DNA of 64,000 nucleotides from Lama guanicoe (taxonomy: Eukaryota): NCBI GenBank assembly GCA_013239625.1, contig MU054212.1, positions 9,472,898 to 9,536,897 of the forward strand. The letters are read 5' to 3'. Of this stretch, positions 14,405-28,293 are shown piece after piece. The position numbers and the translations under genes were made by a program. The notes under the pieces are model-generated. The model was given only the letters and a program-made list of their open reading frames with translations. It had not been told where the DNA came from and ran no database searches. Every line of letters starts with the position of its first letter. Position 1 is the first letter of the stretch.

Positions 14405-14705
14405 GTATATATATATATATATAATAAATATATAATATATATAATTTATTATTTATTATATATAATTTATTATTTATAATACATAATTTATTATTATATA
14501 ATATATAACATAATATATAATTATTATATATTATACATAATATACTGATTATATATTATATAATATATAATTTATATATTATACAATTATATAATACATA
14601 TAATGTTATACGTATTATATAATATATACACACAAACAATATATAATGTATAATTATAAAATATTATAATTATAATACATAATTTATTATATATAATATA
14701 TAATA
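14405..14705. repeat. TA-rich low-complexity/degenerate microsatellite
   Basis: About 300 bp of almost pure A/T built from TATA/TAATAT units. Confidence 0.9.
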
Positions 14706-17700
14706 AAAGCTTGGTTGGAATGTAAGCTTCTTGGCCGGCAAGGGGAGAGTGATCACTGTTACACATGAGAGGCTGTTTCTTCCTTGGTCCGAGGCTAATT
14801 AGTGGCTGAACCAAGACTGGAACTGGCCCGGGAACCACTGGGAACCAGGACGCCCAGGACAGTAGGAGCGTGAGGAGTCGGTGGTACTGCTGTGAGGTTC
14901 GTAGGGGAGCCACCCTCTGCCAGGACTGCAGTTTCCCTTTGCTCCCCGTCCAGGTGCTGCTGGAGCTCGGTAGCTTTTCCAGGTCTGTTGCCTTCAGTAA
15001 GTTTCTGCTTCACGACAGCTTGCCCCAGTTCTTTTATCTTCTCCCTTTGGATATAAATATTTTTGTGAACAGCAGAATGTTTCTACTGAGGTACGACTGT
15101 GGGTCGCGTGGCACTGACTTTTATTCAAGCCGGAAGGGTTCACGCTAGGACTGTAGCATGGTATCGTTACTTCGGAGGAGCCTTTTGTATCAGTGTGAAC
15201 ATTTTAATTTCACACCCTGCAGACTTCACAGTCTTTTGTGCCCTCTCTGCTCCTGTTGTTGCATAAAGGGCAAATCCGTGTGTCACATTCATTTTAGATT
15301 GAAAAAAAGTAAAGTTGATCCATTTGAGATCTCCAAACAGAGAGATAAAAATCTGTTAGCAAGAAGCTTTTATCAAGAGGAAAAATATAATTATTTTTCA
15401 GTTAATACGGCTTTCCGTATGGTTGAATGTGGCCTCAAGGCACAAAAGAGGGGAAAATAACCCTCTGTTAACATTGGTTACTGGTACTTTTTCATTAGTC
15501 CAAATTATCATGAATTTACTGATTGAAACACAAGGTATCTCCAAGTGTTTGGGTATCAAAAATAATCAGACTGGAGCCAAGATCTTTTTTTAACCAGTCA
15601 TTGCTGGCAAAGAAATTAAAATTTCTCCTTTACACAACTGTTTATTTGCAAAAGAAAAGGAAACATTGTAGTAGAGAAAGCTATCAGTGTAAGGAAGAGT
15701 CTGAAAAAAGGTAATAGCAAACAAGGTGGAAACAAATCGGAACTTATTATTTAAATTGGATATTTAAGTGAATTTTTTTTAAATGAAGTTAAAAGCTCAC
15801 ATATGGAAGTTTTCCATACCAGAGGTTTAAGCTCAAAGATATCACAGAATTAGAATTATAGCTAATTATCATAAATTATTTAACATTAACTTCTAAGGGA
15901 TCATTTAGCCTTTACAAAAATTATGAGATAGTGCGTGGGCTATAATGAGCTATTTCAAATTTACTTTCTTGCCACCACCTTCAGCCTGTGGTCCCAGCCG
16001 GGTTTAACTGCTGAATGAGGTCAGTCTGCTACAGCATGGGCACCTGGCATTCATTCCCCAATAATGCTGACTGCAGCCCTTTTTAGAGGGCTGTTCCATA
16101 GGGGCGAGGGAAGATCCATTCAAGAATCTGTTTGCTAATGAGTTTTTAAAGACACTGTCACCAGCGATGTGGCAGCAATCACTTAAGTAAGCACTCACGC
16201 TTACTTGGGACAATTGTGATGGTAATTTATATTTTTTTAAGTGACATTTAGAACTACTTATGATCCTTCCACCCACTTTGTACACCATTGGTAATATTTT
16301 AGTGTTTAGTGTATTTCCTTCCTATCCTTTTTTTCCTTCACTTCTTATATGCTTCCCTTTTTTTAGGCTACGTTTTTCTAAATTGTGAAATACCTGGGAG
16401 TTTAAAAACTCTTCTTGGTGTTAACTATCCCATGAATAAATAAGAAAGAGGTGCATGAGATTTAGCAGTAATAAAATCGCCGAGATAGACCTCTTAGCAA
16501 GGCTGATGGTTGGAATGAGAATGTCTGTGTTTCTCTCCTAAGTTATGTTAGGAGTGCTGCGATGTGATTGTGTTTCCAATAAAACTTCTCTCCTTTTTAT
16601 TCTTTGTTGGATCCATACACAAATTTAATCAGAAGGTATAAATCACTGCTATAAAGCATATGGCATATTCTAAACACAACCCCTTCATCTATCTTTCAGA
16701 TGAGGAAAATATGTATTAAAGTTAAATCACACAATTAGAATGAATTTCTTTGTCGAGGAGAAAAAAAAAACAATTAAATGTAATCTTCCTGGTCAGGAGT
16801 AGTGCAAGACCGAGGTGCTTACTGGAGGATCCCAGTCCTGTTTGCCCCTTGCCGTTGTACTTGGTCAGTTTTCAGGGGCAGGGGCAGCTTTGGCAAGCCA
16901 TATTGCTTTATCTTCTGGGCATCTGGAGTTTGAGCTAAGAAAGAATATTATTGTCTTGCTCTGAGCCTCTCTTAAGACACCAAAATAATATTGGACCTTC
17001 GCCTTAGCATACTCCGTTTATTTATTCTTTACCTCCTTCCTTCCATTTATCATTAACTTTCACCCAAACAAGGGATGTCAGGTTCAGTTTCCATGCTGGC
17101 CCAGTGCCAGCTGGCACGAGCCAGGAGATCCTGGCCGTCCCATCGGTCTTCATCAGTTTCAGTCTTCTTACTGACAGCTCTTGTTACTTTAATATCAAAT
17201 TTCTTGTGCTTTTCCTTTTCATCCAATTTTCTAAATTTTTCCAAACTGGGGTAGGTAGTTGGTCTGTCTGGGTCTTGTTACTGCCAGAGCCGTGGGTTCC
17301 CCAGTGTTGGTAATGTTCTGTCAAAACTCTGGTTTCTTCCCCATCGATTTCTGCTTTTTCCATTCCATGTGTTTACAACAGCGGAAATATTTTCACCCTA
17401 TTTGGCTACTCTCGTTTTTTCCCCTGTTGACTCCTCTTCCTTTCCTCGCTTTCTACTGAACCCTTCTAATTTTCCTGGCATCGGCAAAGCCCAGTGAAAG
17501 AAGCTGGGACAGTAAAGCAGATGTGGCTTCTTGCGCTATTTCTTATCCACACCCACCCCCTACCCCCTGCTCATCACCAAGCAACATGGGAGGAACGCTA
17601 GGTGCACTGAAGTCACATCTCTCCCCGGGGTCTGGTCAGGCATGTTCATTAGGAGGACATTCTGGTAACCGTAACGCCAGTCCACCATGACTTGCATTCA

Positions 17701-19124
17701 CAGCATATTGGCTGCTTCCCCAGCAGCTTTCCATTTGGCATTTAACAGGGGAGTTGGGCCATTGCCTCTTTCAGGACAGGCACTGTGTATTGTTGCCCTT
17801 ATTGACCCCAAAAGACTGGATGTTCCCCCATCTCTAATTTTCATCCAAGATGTCACGGACTATAACCAGTTGGGGGGTCATATATTAACCAACACATGCC
17901 TCTGTGTGCAGCTGAATCCAGAATTAGGGAAACAGTGAATCCATAATCCCATAGGGAGCTAGCTGGACTTACCAGCAAAGTGGGTGAGCTCTTTAACTGT
18001 ATATCCCCAGTTTCTGCTGTTTCATGATTTTGCCCTCTGCCAACCTGTATCACCTTCTTTGTGACCACACGATAGAAGGGTATAATCTACTATGTTAAAT
18101 TGCAAGAATCTGAGGTCTCTTCCTTCCAGAGAATTTCTGTTTCAGCTTGCGTACAATCAGTTCAGGTCTCCCGGCTTCAGCTCTGACACTGAGAGCAAGC
18201 AGAACACCTTCCTGTCCGGCTCATGCTGTCCCCACTAATGCAGCCCTGAGCACCTGGTTTTACTTAAACTAAAGGCAACAGCCTGCGGCACACACACAGA
18301 AACTGTATGTGTAGGGGCGGGGGTGTTTCCTTTCTGTTGGGCTGTTCTCACTAATAGGTTCATATAAAGTCCATCTACCATATTGTCTTTCTTTTTGAAA
18401 GTACAAACAGTCATAAAACAAAACACTACCATTTAATTTTACAATCTTAAATTTCAAACAATGCACTGATGAATTATTAATGTCATAGAATGTTTTCAAT
18501 AATGTGTAGCATAAAACGGAATGGATATGTGCCTTGATCTTAAGTGTATGCTAATAAACAGGGTACCTGGCATCACTTTGGCCTAGCAGACTTTACAAGC
18601 AAGCCTTTCCCCTCTGTTTTGGTTTCAGTGTTATGTTCCCCAGAAGTCAACTTACTGCTTTTCCTACTGGAGCTTTGCAGGTAACATTCTTTGACTCCAA
18701 GCTAACAGTGCTTTTCTCTCAAGATAACCAAGGTTGGGGTCCATAAATTTCACTTGTCATTCTGGCTTCCAGCCATATTAAATTAGGCTTTAATTCATAA
18801 TTAGTAGGAAGCTATAATTCCATAGGAAAAAGGAATATTTTATATTAAATGGCCATTATCTAACCTCATGATTTCACAAAATGATTAAGATGCCAGAAAA
18901 TAATTAAGATGTCAAGTTCCCCAATACTTAAAAGTACAGACAGGGGAGCAGGGGTGGTAAATTTTTTTAACCTGTGTGTAGCTCTTACCACAGTGGCAGA
19001 AAAGAAATTCTCCTTAAATAATTTCATTTTTATAGTTGCATAAATTATCAGATTTGCCCAAATTTTCTTCCCATATCAAAATCTCTGAGATCAAGTACAT
19101 TGCTTGCATAGGGACAGTCTTTTA

Positions 19125-20130
19125 CCGAAAGAATAGACAGAATAGAGAGCCCACGTAAGTATAATGAACCAGTCTTGATAAAGGAACAAAGGCGATACAA
19201 TGGAGCAAAGATAACCTTTCAACAAATGCCCAAAGATAGCCTGAAACAACTAGACATCCATGTGCAAAAAGATGGATCTGAACACAGACCTTCCACCTTC
19301 CACATAAATGAACTCCAAACATAAAATGCAAAACTATAAAACTCCTAGAAGATAACAGGAGAAAACCTAGATGGCCTTGGGTATAATGATTGCTCCTTAA
19401 ATACCACACCAAAGGTACCATCCATGAAAGACAGAATTGATAAGATGGACTTCACTAAAATTAAAAACTTCTGCTCTGCAAAAGACAATGTCAAGAGAAT
19501 GAGAAGGCAAGCCACAGACTGGGAGAAAATATTTGCAAAACGCACATCTGATCAAGGATTATTATCCAAAATATACAAAGAATCTTTACAGCGCAACAAT
19601 AAGAAAACTAATGATCGGATCATAAAATGGACCAAAGGTCTTAACAGACACCTTTGTGAGGAAGATATACAGATGGAAAATAAGCATATGAAAAGATGCC
19701 CACATGTTTAGTCATCAGGGAAATGCAGATTAAAACGACCATGAGGTACCACTGAAATGGTCTAAGTCTGAAACAGTGACAACAGTAAATGCTGCTGCAG
19801 ATGTGGAGCAACAGGAACTCTCATTCATTGCTGGTGGAAATGCAAAATAGCACAGCCACAATTTGGAACACAATTTGGCATTCCTTACAAGACTAAATAT
19901 ATTCTTGCCCTATGATCCAGTAATCATGCTCCTTGACATTTACCCAAAAAGGCTGAAAACAGATATCCACACAAAAACCTGTACATAGATGTTTATAGTA
20001 GCTTTATTCATAATAGCGAAAACTTAGAAGCAACCGAGATGCCCTTCAGAATGTGGATGGTTAAATAATGATGTGAATAATAACATGCAGGTGATGGAAT
20101 ATCATTCAGCACTGAAAAGAGATGAGCTAC
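19125..20130 (+). mobile_element. Old L1 ORF2 3' portion (L1MB/MC-like)
   Basis: KIKNFCSAKDNVKRMRRQATDWEKIFA, then L1 3' sequence. Confidence 0.88.
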
Positions 20131-20824
20131 TGAACTGTTGTGTGGCAGGTCAGGATATTCACCCCTTGTATCAAAAGTTCATGGAACTGATGATGATTAA
20201 GATCACGAGGACAAATAAACTTTGCCGTTGACACTAATGATTCAATAACACATAATAAACTAAAATATCTTCCTCAAAGTAGCTGCTGATGAATAAAATG
20301 ATGAATAACCATAGCTTTCATTATTATAGGAAAATATAAATAAAATAACATGACCAAGAGATTTTATTGTTATCTGTGCCTTGTAATATGTTATATTAAA
20401 ATTATTTTTGATTGAAGGATCTCCCATATACCCATTATCTTTCCGGTAAATTCTTTAGCCTCCCTCCAAGGTGCAACTGACTTTGCATAGTATTCACTCT
20501 TTGGCTTATAAGCACTTCAAGAAGAAATATGTTAAGTTAGAGTTAGCAGAGTCTTTTTGTGACAACACCTCTGTTGAATGGAGAACAAGAGATAGAAAGG
20601 TCATCCTGTGCCTTCGTATCTCTGACTTTCTCTGCATCTCTGTGAATAGTTCTCCTGTGAAGTCGACAGTCTCATACGCAGGTTTGAGACCACTCCTTTT
20701 TCTTACTAACCTTTTTGCTGATGTTTGACAAATGATTGTGAAGCACTTATAAAATATGCTGTATCTTCTATTTTTCAGAAACCTAAATGCCAGCCTAAGT
20801 TTGCTTTAGCAATTAAAAAGTAGA

Positions 20825-20862
20825 GAACTTTTGAGAGGAACTTTTGAGAGGAACTTTTGAGA
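20825..20862 (+). repeat. 13-bp tandem repeat (GAACTTTTGAGAG) x ~3
   Basis: Read directly from the sequence. Confidence 0.9.
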
Positions 20863-21049
20863 AGACCTGTTTTAGGACTCCTAGCCCAGTGTGGTAATTG
20901 GTTATCCTTCTGCCTTCTTTATAAATTCATTCTTTCTTGAATTGGTACTATTCCTTTTCCCCCACTGCAGTAAGAATCATATATAGGGATGTAAAGAACC
21001 ATAAGAAGGACTATAAGCAAATTTAAATAAATATAGATTATTTTCCCCC

Positions 21050-22600
21050 TATAAATACAGATTTTTAAACCCTAAAATAATCATAAAAATCTAATTCAAG
21101 AATAAATGTAAAGAATAATACTATATAACCAAGTAGAATGTATTCCAGGAATTTAAATGCGGTTACTATTTTGAAAGTCAAAAATAGAATATTTCTTAAC
21201 AATATATCAAAAAAGAAAAAGTATATTATCATCTTAGTATATATTGAAAAGTTACTTGACAAAATTAATTTTTGATTCCTGACTTTAGTAAGCCAAAAGA
21301 GAAAATACTTCTTATCATAATAAAGAATATCTAGATGGAAAATGCTAAATAGTAAAAAAAAAAAAAAAGGTAAAATAATTCCTATTAGATCAGAATTATA
21401 CAAAGATACCTATAAAACTTGTAGTTTTAGCATTGCCCTTGAAGTTCTAGCCAGTACAATAATATAAGAAAAAATAATGCAAATATGGGAAAACACATAA
21501 ACTTTATCATTATCTATATTCAATGTAACTGTCCACCCATAAAACCCAATAAAAATCAATTGAAAAATAATTTAAGGAATTAAGAGAGTTTGATAATGTA
21601 AAAAACTCAATTACTGTAAATCTTGACACCAGCATTAGCTATTTAAGAGATATAGCAGGGGGGGGATGCATTTATAATAGCAGTGAAAAAATTCAGAAAT
21701 TCCTAATAATAAACCTAGAAATTTATAGAACCTTTCTGCAAATATATTTCCTAGCTAGGATGATGAATTGAGCACTTACATTTATCTCTTCTATTTCCTG
21801 AGACACCGGTAAAATGAGAGTAAATGAATGTTTTTAAAGGTATAAATCCATGAAAATAAATGGGAGAAGATTCATCAGTATACCAGAGACTTATATACAT
21901 TTTTGGAAAATGGAAAATGAATGGAGGATTAGTAATATTAAATAGGATAGAGAAAGCTACCACATAGGAAGCACTGAGAAAGGTATTCAAACGAAAAGAG
22001 ACTGATACCACAGAACTTTGTAAAGGTTTGGGAATTAGATGCAATGTGAGCCATGAAGAGTGGTGATATGGGGTAGAACTGAAAAATAGTATGAGAGGGA
22101 CATTTGAAGCAAGAATCAAAAAACCCAATTCTGCTGCCACAGTACCATATGGGGAATACTAGTCCCTGGCAAAAGACAGGTATTAAATTCTCTGGAGAGA
22201 TTCAGTAGAGAAGAGAAGACTCAGATACTTTGGAAGATGAGATGAGTCAAGTAGCACTGAAAATGGGATGAAGTCAAATCTACGAATGGGAAGGTCAGCC
22301 TCCTTCCCTGTCCTAGAAGTAGACCACGTCTCCCTCCCAAACAGAATACTGGAAGAGTCTTCTCTGAAGAAGCTTAGTAGTCTCCAAATACTGACATGAA
22401 GTGGTACACCCACTTTGGAAAACAGTCTGGCAGTTCCTTGAAAGGTTAGACATAGAGTTTATAATCCCACCCCTAGGTGTCTACCCGAAGGAAATGAAAA
22501 CGTATGTCTCTGCTAAAAATGTGTACATAACTGTTCACAGTAGCCAAAAGATAGAAACAACCCAGTGTCTATCGTGTGATGAATTGACAAATAAAATGCT
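21050..22600 (+). mobile_element. Cluster of highly decayed L1 fragments
   Basis: A-rich degenerate ORF2-like DNA. HPLWKTVWQFL and PPLGVYPKEMKTY at 22401-22604. Confidence 0.55.
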
Positions 22601-24714
22601 TTAAGTAGGTGTACTTTTCTGTATGTATGTTTTACTTCAATAAAATAAAGTTTATGAAGAAGTAGTCTGCTACATCGAATGCTGCAGAGACATTACATAA
22701 AACAGGGACTACAAAATGTCCATTGGATTTAGCATCATGAGGGGCATTAGTGAATGTGGTGATTTCAATTTTAGTGAAGTGGTAGGAGATGAAAGCGAGA
22801 TTGGAAAAAAAAAGAGAGAGAGAGAAATGGTTTGACTAAGGAAAGGAAAGAACTTCTTAAGTGCTCTTAGTTATCTAGCAAACAGGAAAAGATTGAAAGT
22901 TCTAGAGTGGACAGTCAATACTGAAAGGTTCCTACAAAGCACAAAAAGAGTGATCACCCTTGTCTAAGAGAAGGACCACTTCCTTCAACATGAAAGGAGG
23001 AAATGATGGGTGCTGAAAGACTTGTAGACTTGACAAAGTGAAGACAATTTCTCTTTAATGACCTCTTTTCTCTGAAGTGGGAAGCAAGGCTATCTGTTTA
23101 GGATAAATTGAGAAGGGAAAATGAGAACAGGAGAGTTGTTGATTAGAGAAATCCAGTAGCTCTGTTGGAAGATGTTTAGCTCCCACTTAAGTTTAGTGAC
23201 TAGGAATCTATATTAGACCTCCTCTTTGTTTGCTTGCTTGTTTCTTTGATTTTGTCCTATTTACAGTAAGTGTCCCAACTATAATTCACAGAAAAGGCAG
23301 ACATTTGGATTTCTGCAGTATTGTGATTTTGCCAGATTTAGAGGAGGGGACAAAAAGACAGAGGATGTGTTTTTAAGAGTATTGTTAAAAGAGTGTTTGG
23401 AATGCTGGACCATGAAATTTAAATTTAATAAGAGATAAAGGGTTAGGAAGAAAGTATGCCATTAATGGACCCACCTGGACAGAGATTTTAGCTGTCTTGC
23501 TCACCACGTTATTCCCAGTTCTTAGCACGATGATTGTTTGAATTAATGATCTGTTGAGACCAATAGGCAGAGATAGTGGGAATAGTTGAAAAAACAAGCC
23601 TTAGGGTAAGATGTGGGCATGAGGAAGTAGGGGATATTTGAATTACTGAATTCAGAAGAGATGTTATTTTAATTGGTCACAAGTTCCAGGATATAAAGGG
23701 AAAGGCTTGCTGAGAAAGTCTTGACCTGAGAGATCAAAGAACTAAGTCAGAGTGTTGGTTGGCTTTCACTCCTGTAATGTTGACATGAGCAGGGATGATG
23801 GTAACAGCTGAATTGAAGGAGAAGACTGAATCAAGGGTTAACATCATCAGTGATTCAGAGTGAATGGGTAAATAGATGATTTAGATAAGAGAGGTTGAGG
23901 ATGGTAGAGCAGATGACAAGATCTTCAGAGCAACAAGAGTTTAATGAGAGACTGGGAGAATAATAATCAAAAAGCAAAAAAATGGAAGCAATGATGATCC
24001 CAATTACTACACCTTGACCCTGACATGGGAAAGGTATGTTGAGTATAAACAGTTCTCCCTGAGAAGGATGTAGGGGAAGCACTGACCTCAAGAAAGAGCC
24101 AGGTTCAAACAGGAAATGTAAGAAGTACTCTAAGAAGAGTACAAAAAATACAGCTGAATATATCATAAAGCAAAAGCTCCAGAAGCAATGGGGACATGGA
24201 AAGAGTCGGGGGGAAAAGAAAGCAATACTATGTAACATAATAGGGATAGTAATACTTTGCTAATTTATGACAGATTGGAGTAGAGAATACCCTTTGGGCA
24301 TTGACTGATTGAAAAAAATGTAATGAGACACATAGCTGATTTAGTCTCAGAAGACCTTGGACCTAACCTAAGTGCTCTTCAATAGGGGATTGGTTAAATA
24401 AATTAGAGTGCATCCAGGAGACAAAGTAATCCAAAATCATTAAAAATAATTTTATAAATCATTAATCAATGTTATAAATCATTAAAAATAATGTCATAAA
24501 AAATTGGGAAAAGTATTCCCAATATATTAATTGAAAAATTAATTTGCATAGTCCATGTGTATACTGTCCTTTTTCATAAGCGGAGAACAAGAAGTATGGA
24601 TGAGTAATGCTTTCATAATGTTTAAAATATATTGTAATTTTTTAAAAGATCCAAAGATCAAAAAAGCTGCCTGTGGAGGAAGGAGCTAAAACTTAAGCCA
24701 TGGGACCAGTCATT

Positions 24715-25245
24715 TTCTTCAACAAATATTTAGCGCCTACCTTGCATCAGATACCATTCTTGGCACTGGAGATATTAGCATAAACAAAATAATGACCCTA
24801 TTCTCATAACTATTGAAAGACAAAAGCAAAAAAATAAGACCTGAGAGAAGAGCAGGGGATTCAACCCATGCACTGTCCCAGAGGTAGGACTCGAGCGTAA
24901 CAGCAGGGGTTAGGTCTGAGCGGTTGGGTTGATGGAGAGGAGTGGAATTTGGGGGGAGAGGGGGAATAAATAAGAGTTCTGTTTTGGGTAGTTTGAAATG
25001 TCTATCACACATCCAAGTGGACATATCAGACAACAGTTGGGTGTGAGAGTCTGGAACTCTAGAGCAAGGTTGACGTTGGAGCTATACATTTAGGAGTCAT
25101 TGATAAATGATGTTATTAAAAGTCGTGAGAATGAATGGAATCATCTAAGACTTGAGGGTCAAGGATTAAGCCCTGGGTCATTCCATCATTTAAAAGGTAA
25201 GAGAAGACGAGGTTTATCAGAAGAGGTCTACTGAAATCACCAAGG
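24715..25245 (-). mobile_element. L2 fragment(s)
   Basis: caacaaatatttagcgcctac..ggcactggagata and gtttgaaatgtctatcacacatccaagtggacat motifs typical of antisense L2. Confidence 0.65.
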
Positions 25246-26403
25246 ATGGAAACAACAGTGGGAGGGGAAAGCTCCTGCATCATGTTTAGGTCTTCATCCA
25301 GTGCAGCTGATGGAATGGACCATGAAATCGATTCATTTCCCAGCCTTGTGCCAATATTCTCAGACAGCGTGTCAGACTGTCCCTTTCTTGAGCTGATGGC
25401 ATTGAGCCAAGTCAGGTCTGCAGAGGCTACATCTTCCCCCTGGATGTCTAAGTTTCTTGCTAGCTCAGAGGCAGACAAAACTGGGAAGAGAGCTCTGGGA
25501 GGACAGAATTAATGCTAGTACAGCCAAGTTCAAGTTGAGTCCTGGACAGAAAAGACCAAATAAGCCTTCTGCTTATCACCGCTCCATAATGAAGCTGTTA
25601 AAGTCAACCTGTGTGCCTAGGTAACTCGGGAGTACTGGCTCTGTGCAGTGCAGAGACAAGAAAGGCCAACATAGTTTATGCCTCTGGCTAAAATATAGTC
25701 TGAGTTTTTCAAGGGATGGTATTTTATGAATTTAAATAAGTTGTATAGTCCTTTAAATTATTTGAATACCAAATATCCCCATCAGGGTCAGGCCAAGTTA
25801 ATCAACTTTATAGCCTTCTGTCACATGTCACATCAGCAGGCTAAGGCCCACTGCTCACAGAGCACAATTTGATAAACACACTGCTCTTTGCTGGTATTTA
25901 GTACAAAATGCCATGGGAATTCATTTTTTATTTTGCTTGATTGCATATATAATTCTTCTGTAAAATTGGGTGATTTCTCAAGGTTTGGTTTTTAAAATAA
26001 TCTTTGCTATTTTGTTGCTTTTCATCTGCCAAATTATTTGATCTTTCCTTATAGCAAAAGAACTGTTAAAACATTTAGTGAACAAAATTAGCTATGAGGT
26101 ACCACTGAAATCTGAGTCCCTGCCTACCACAGACTTTCTGATTCTTCTGCCACAGCGTAATCCACAATTGAAGGTGACTTCAAGAGAGATGGAGTTTTTT
26201 ATGATAACAGGAGAACCATGAAGATAAGCATTTGTACTTTAGGGTAGATTAAATTGTTGGTGAAAAGTTGGCCCAGTTGAATAGGAGTATGGTTGTGTTC
26301 ACACTGAGTTACAACTAATCATACTGTATTTTTAAAATAAAATGTAGTTGGAAACAGCAACCATTTTCTTCTTTTACTTTTATGCTAGTTACACATCTTA
26401 TTT

Positions 26404-26681
26404 TTAACATTTTTTATTGATTTATAATCATTTTACAATGTTGTGTCAAATTCCAATGTTTAGCACGATTTTTCAGTCATTCATGGACATATACACACTC
26501 ATTGTCACATTTTTTTTTCTCTATGAGTTATCATAACATTTTGTGTATATTTCCCTGTGCTGTACAGTGTAATCTTGTTTATCTATTCTGCAATTTTGAA
26601 ATCCCAGTCTGTCCCTTCCCACCCTCCACCCCCCTGGCAACCACAAGTCTGTATTCTCTGTCCATGAGTCTATTTCTGTCC
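26404..26681 (-). mobile_element. Young 5'-truncated L1 3' end
   Basis: T-rich tail on the left. Perfect 15-bp TSD TTACACATCTTATTT at 26389-26403 and 26682-26696. Confidence 0.88.
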
Positions 26682-26884
26682 TTACACATCTTATTTATCT
26701 TGATGGAAAGATCAAAGATATACTAGTCTAGGAAGTCAAGGGGCCTGGGCTAAAAACCACTTTGCTCTGCCACTCAGTTGTTGTGTGACTCCCAGCAGTT
26801 CACTTCTAGCTCTCTGGGCCTCAGTTTCTTCACTGGTAAAATAAGAGAGTTATCCAAAATTCTGTCTAAGACCCATTCCTCAGT

Positions 26885-27566
26885 GGGTGTGGCCATTACT
26901 GGTGTTCGCCAGGATCCAGTTCTCCTCCCTTCTGGAGCATGACTGGTTCTGGCCAGTCAGATGTAAAGAGAAGTGTTATGTTGCATCCATGCTGTGGAAA
27001 ACCTTTGTACAGTTCTTCAGTCTGTCTTCCCTGCCAAGACAACAGAGAAGCTCACAAGACAGTAGAGCTGCAATGTGCCAAGACCTACTTTGAGCACATG
27101 GCCTAAGCACGAGAGATCTTTGAGTTGTGTTAAGCCACTGGAAAAAATTTTTAATTTTTTATTCAATTTTTTATTCAGTTTTATTCAATTTTAATTGAAG
27201 TGTAGTCAATTTATAGTGTGTCAATTTCTGGTGTACAGCATAATGTTTCAGTCATACATGTATATACATAAATTTGTTTTCATATTCTTTTTCATTATAG
27301 GTTACTACAAGACAGTGACTATACTTCCCTGTGCTGTACAGAAGAAACTTGTTGTTTATCTATTTTGTATATACTAGTTAATATTTGCAAACCTCAAACT
27401 TCCAGTCTATCCCTTCCCACCCTCTTCCCACCCCCAGTAACCATAAGATTGTTTATTATGTCTGTGAGTCTGTTTCTGTTTTGTAGGTAAGTTCATTAAA
27501 GTAAGCCATTGGAATTTTGAGGTGAATTTGTTACTGCTGCATGACCTAACTTATCCTGACTAATAC
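26885..27566 (+). mobile_element. MLT1-type (ERVL-MaLR) LTR interrupted by an L1 3' end
   Basis: MLT1-like end gttgtgttaagccac..tttgttactgctgcatgacctaacttatcctgactaataca. Confidence 0.65.
27144..27501 (-). mobile_element. Truncated L1 3' end (artiodactyl type) inserted into the MLT1 LTR
   Basis: ttaattgaagtgtagtcaattta.. tail. TSD TAAGCCA(C/T)TGGAA at 27131-27143 and 27502-27514. Confidence 0.82.
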
Positions 27567-28293
27567 AGCACATCTAACTTTCTGTGGTGCTGTGAGTCAC
27601 TCTTTCCGTATTATAAAGATATTTTTACTATACTGTATGTGAATAAAAGTACTATAAAGAAGTCTGAAGCCCACAACATTATTTCAAATTATCTAATAAG
27701 TTGGCATCTATCAAATCAGTCTCTAAGCACAAAGTCTTATTGTTACTCTGGATTTCAACTTGCATCACTGGAAGACTGATTTCTGATATACTGCCTGACC
27801 CCCAGTTATTCTGGTTCTGCTTTTTAGTAGAGAGGAAGGCTGGTTTAATATCTTCATCTAGAATACCTCTCCCCATGTTGTATAGAGCAAAATTTTGAAA
27901 TTGCATAGAAAAATAAAGGCTTTCCATTGCTTCTGATTTTTTTTTAATTTAATGGTCTACATGAAGAGATGAGCATCACCACAAGATTGCCACGTGCTCC
28001 CAGGAAAGTTCACACAAAGCCTGTTCCTTCTGTCTTACTTATAAACGAACTTTCTCGGAAGCAGTTACCCAGCGCACTGGCTTACCCAATAAACAAAGAT
28101 GTTTCAGTTGAACACAGAAACCACCGTTTTGAATGACAGAGACAACTGTATTGGAATATTGACTTGGTGCTGTGAGAATAAAACCTGCAAAAAATTTCTG
28201 CTAAAAAGGATTTCAATTTACAGGTTTTTATACCATACTAAAAATATGACATTTCCATGCCTGAGATGGTAATCTGGTCTTGCCTGGGACGTA

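Noticed and set aside
20825..20862. CRISPR-like repeat
   Set aside because: Simple tandem repeat without spacers in a mammalian intron.
25116..25512. Overlapping 120-aa (-) and 88-aa (+) ORFs with a minus-strand acceptor-like site near 25482
   Set aside because: No recognisable homology, partly inside L2, no partner exons. A BLAST search would be needed to revive it.
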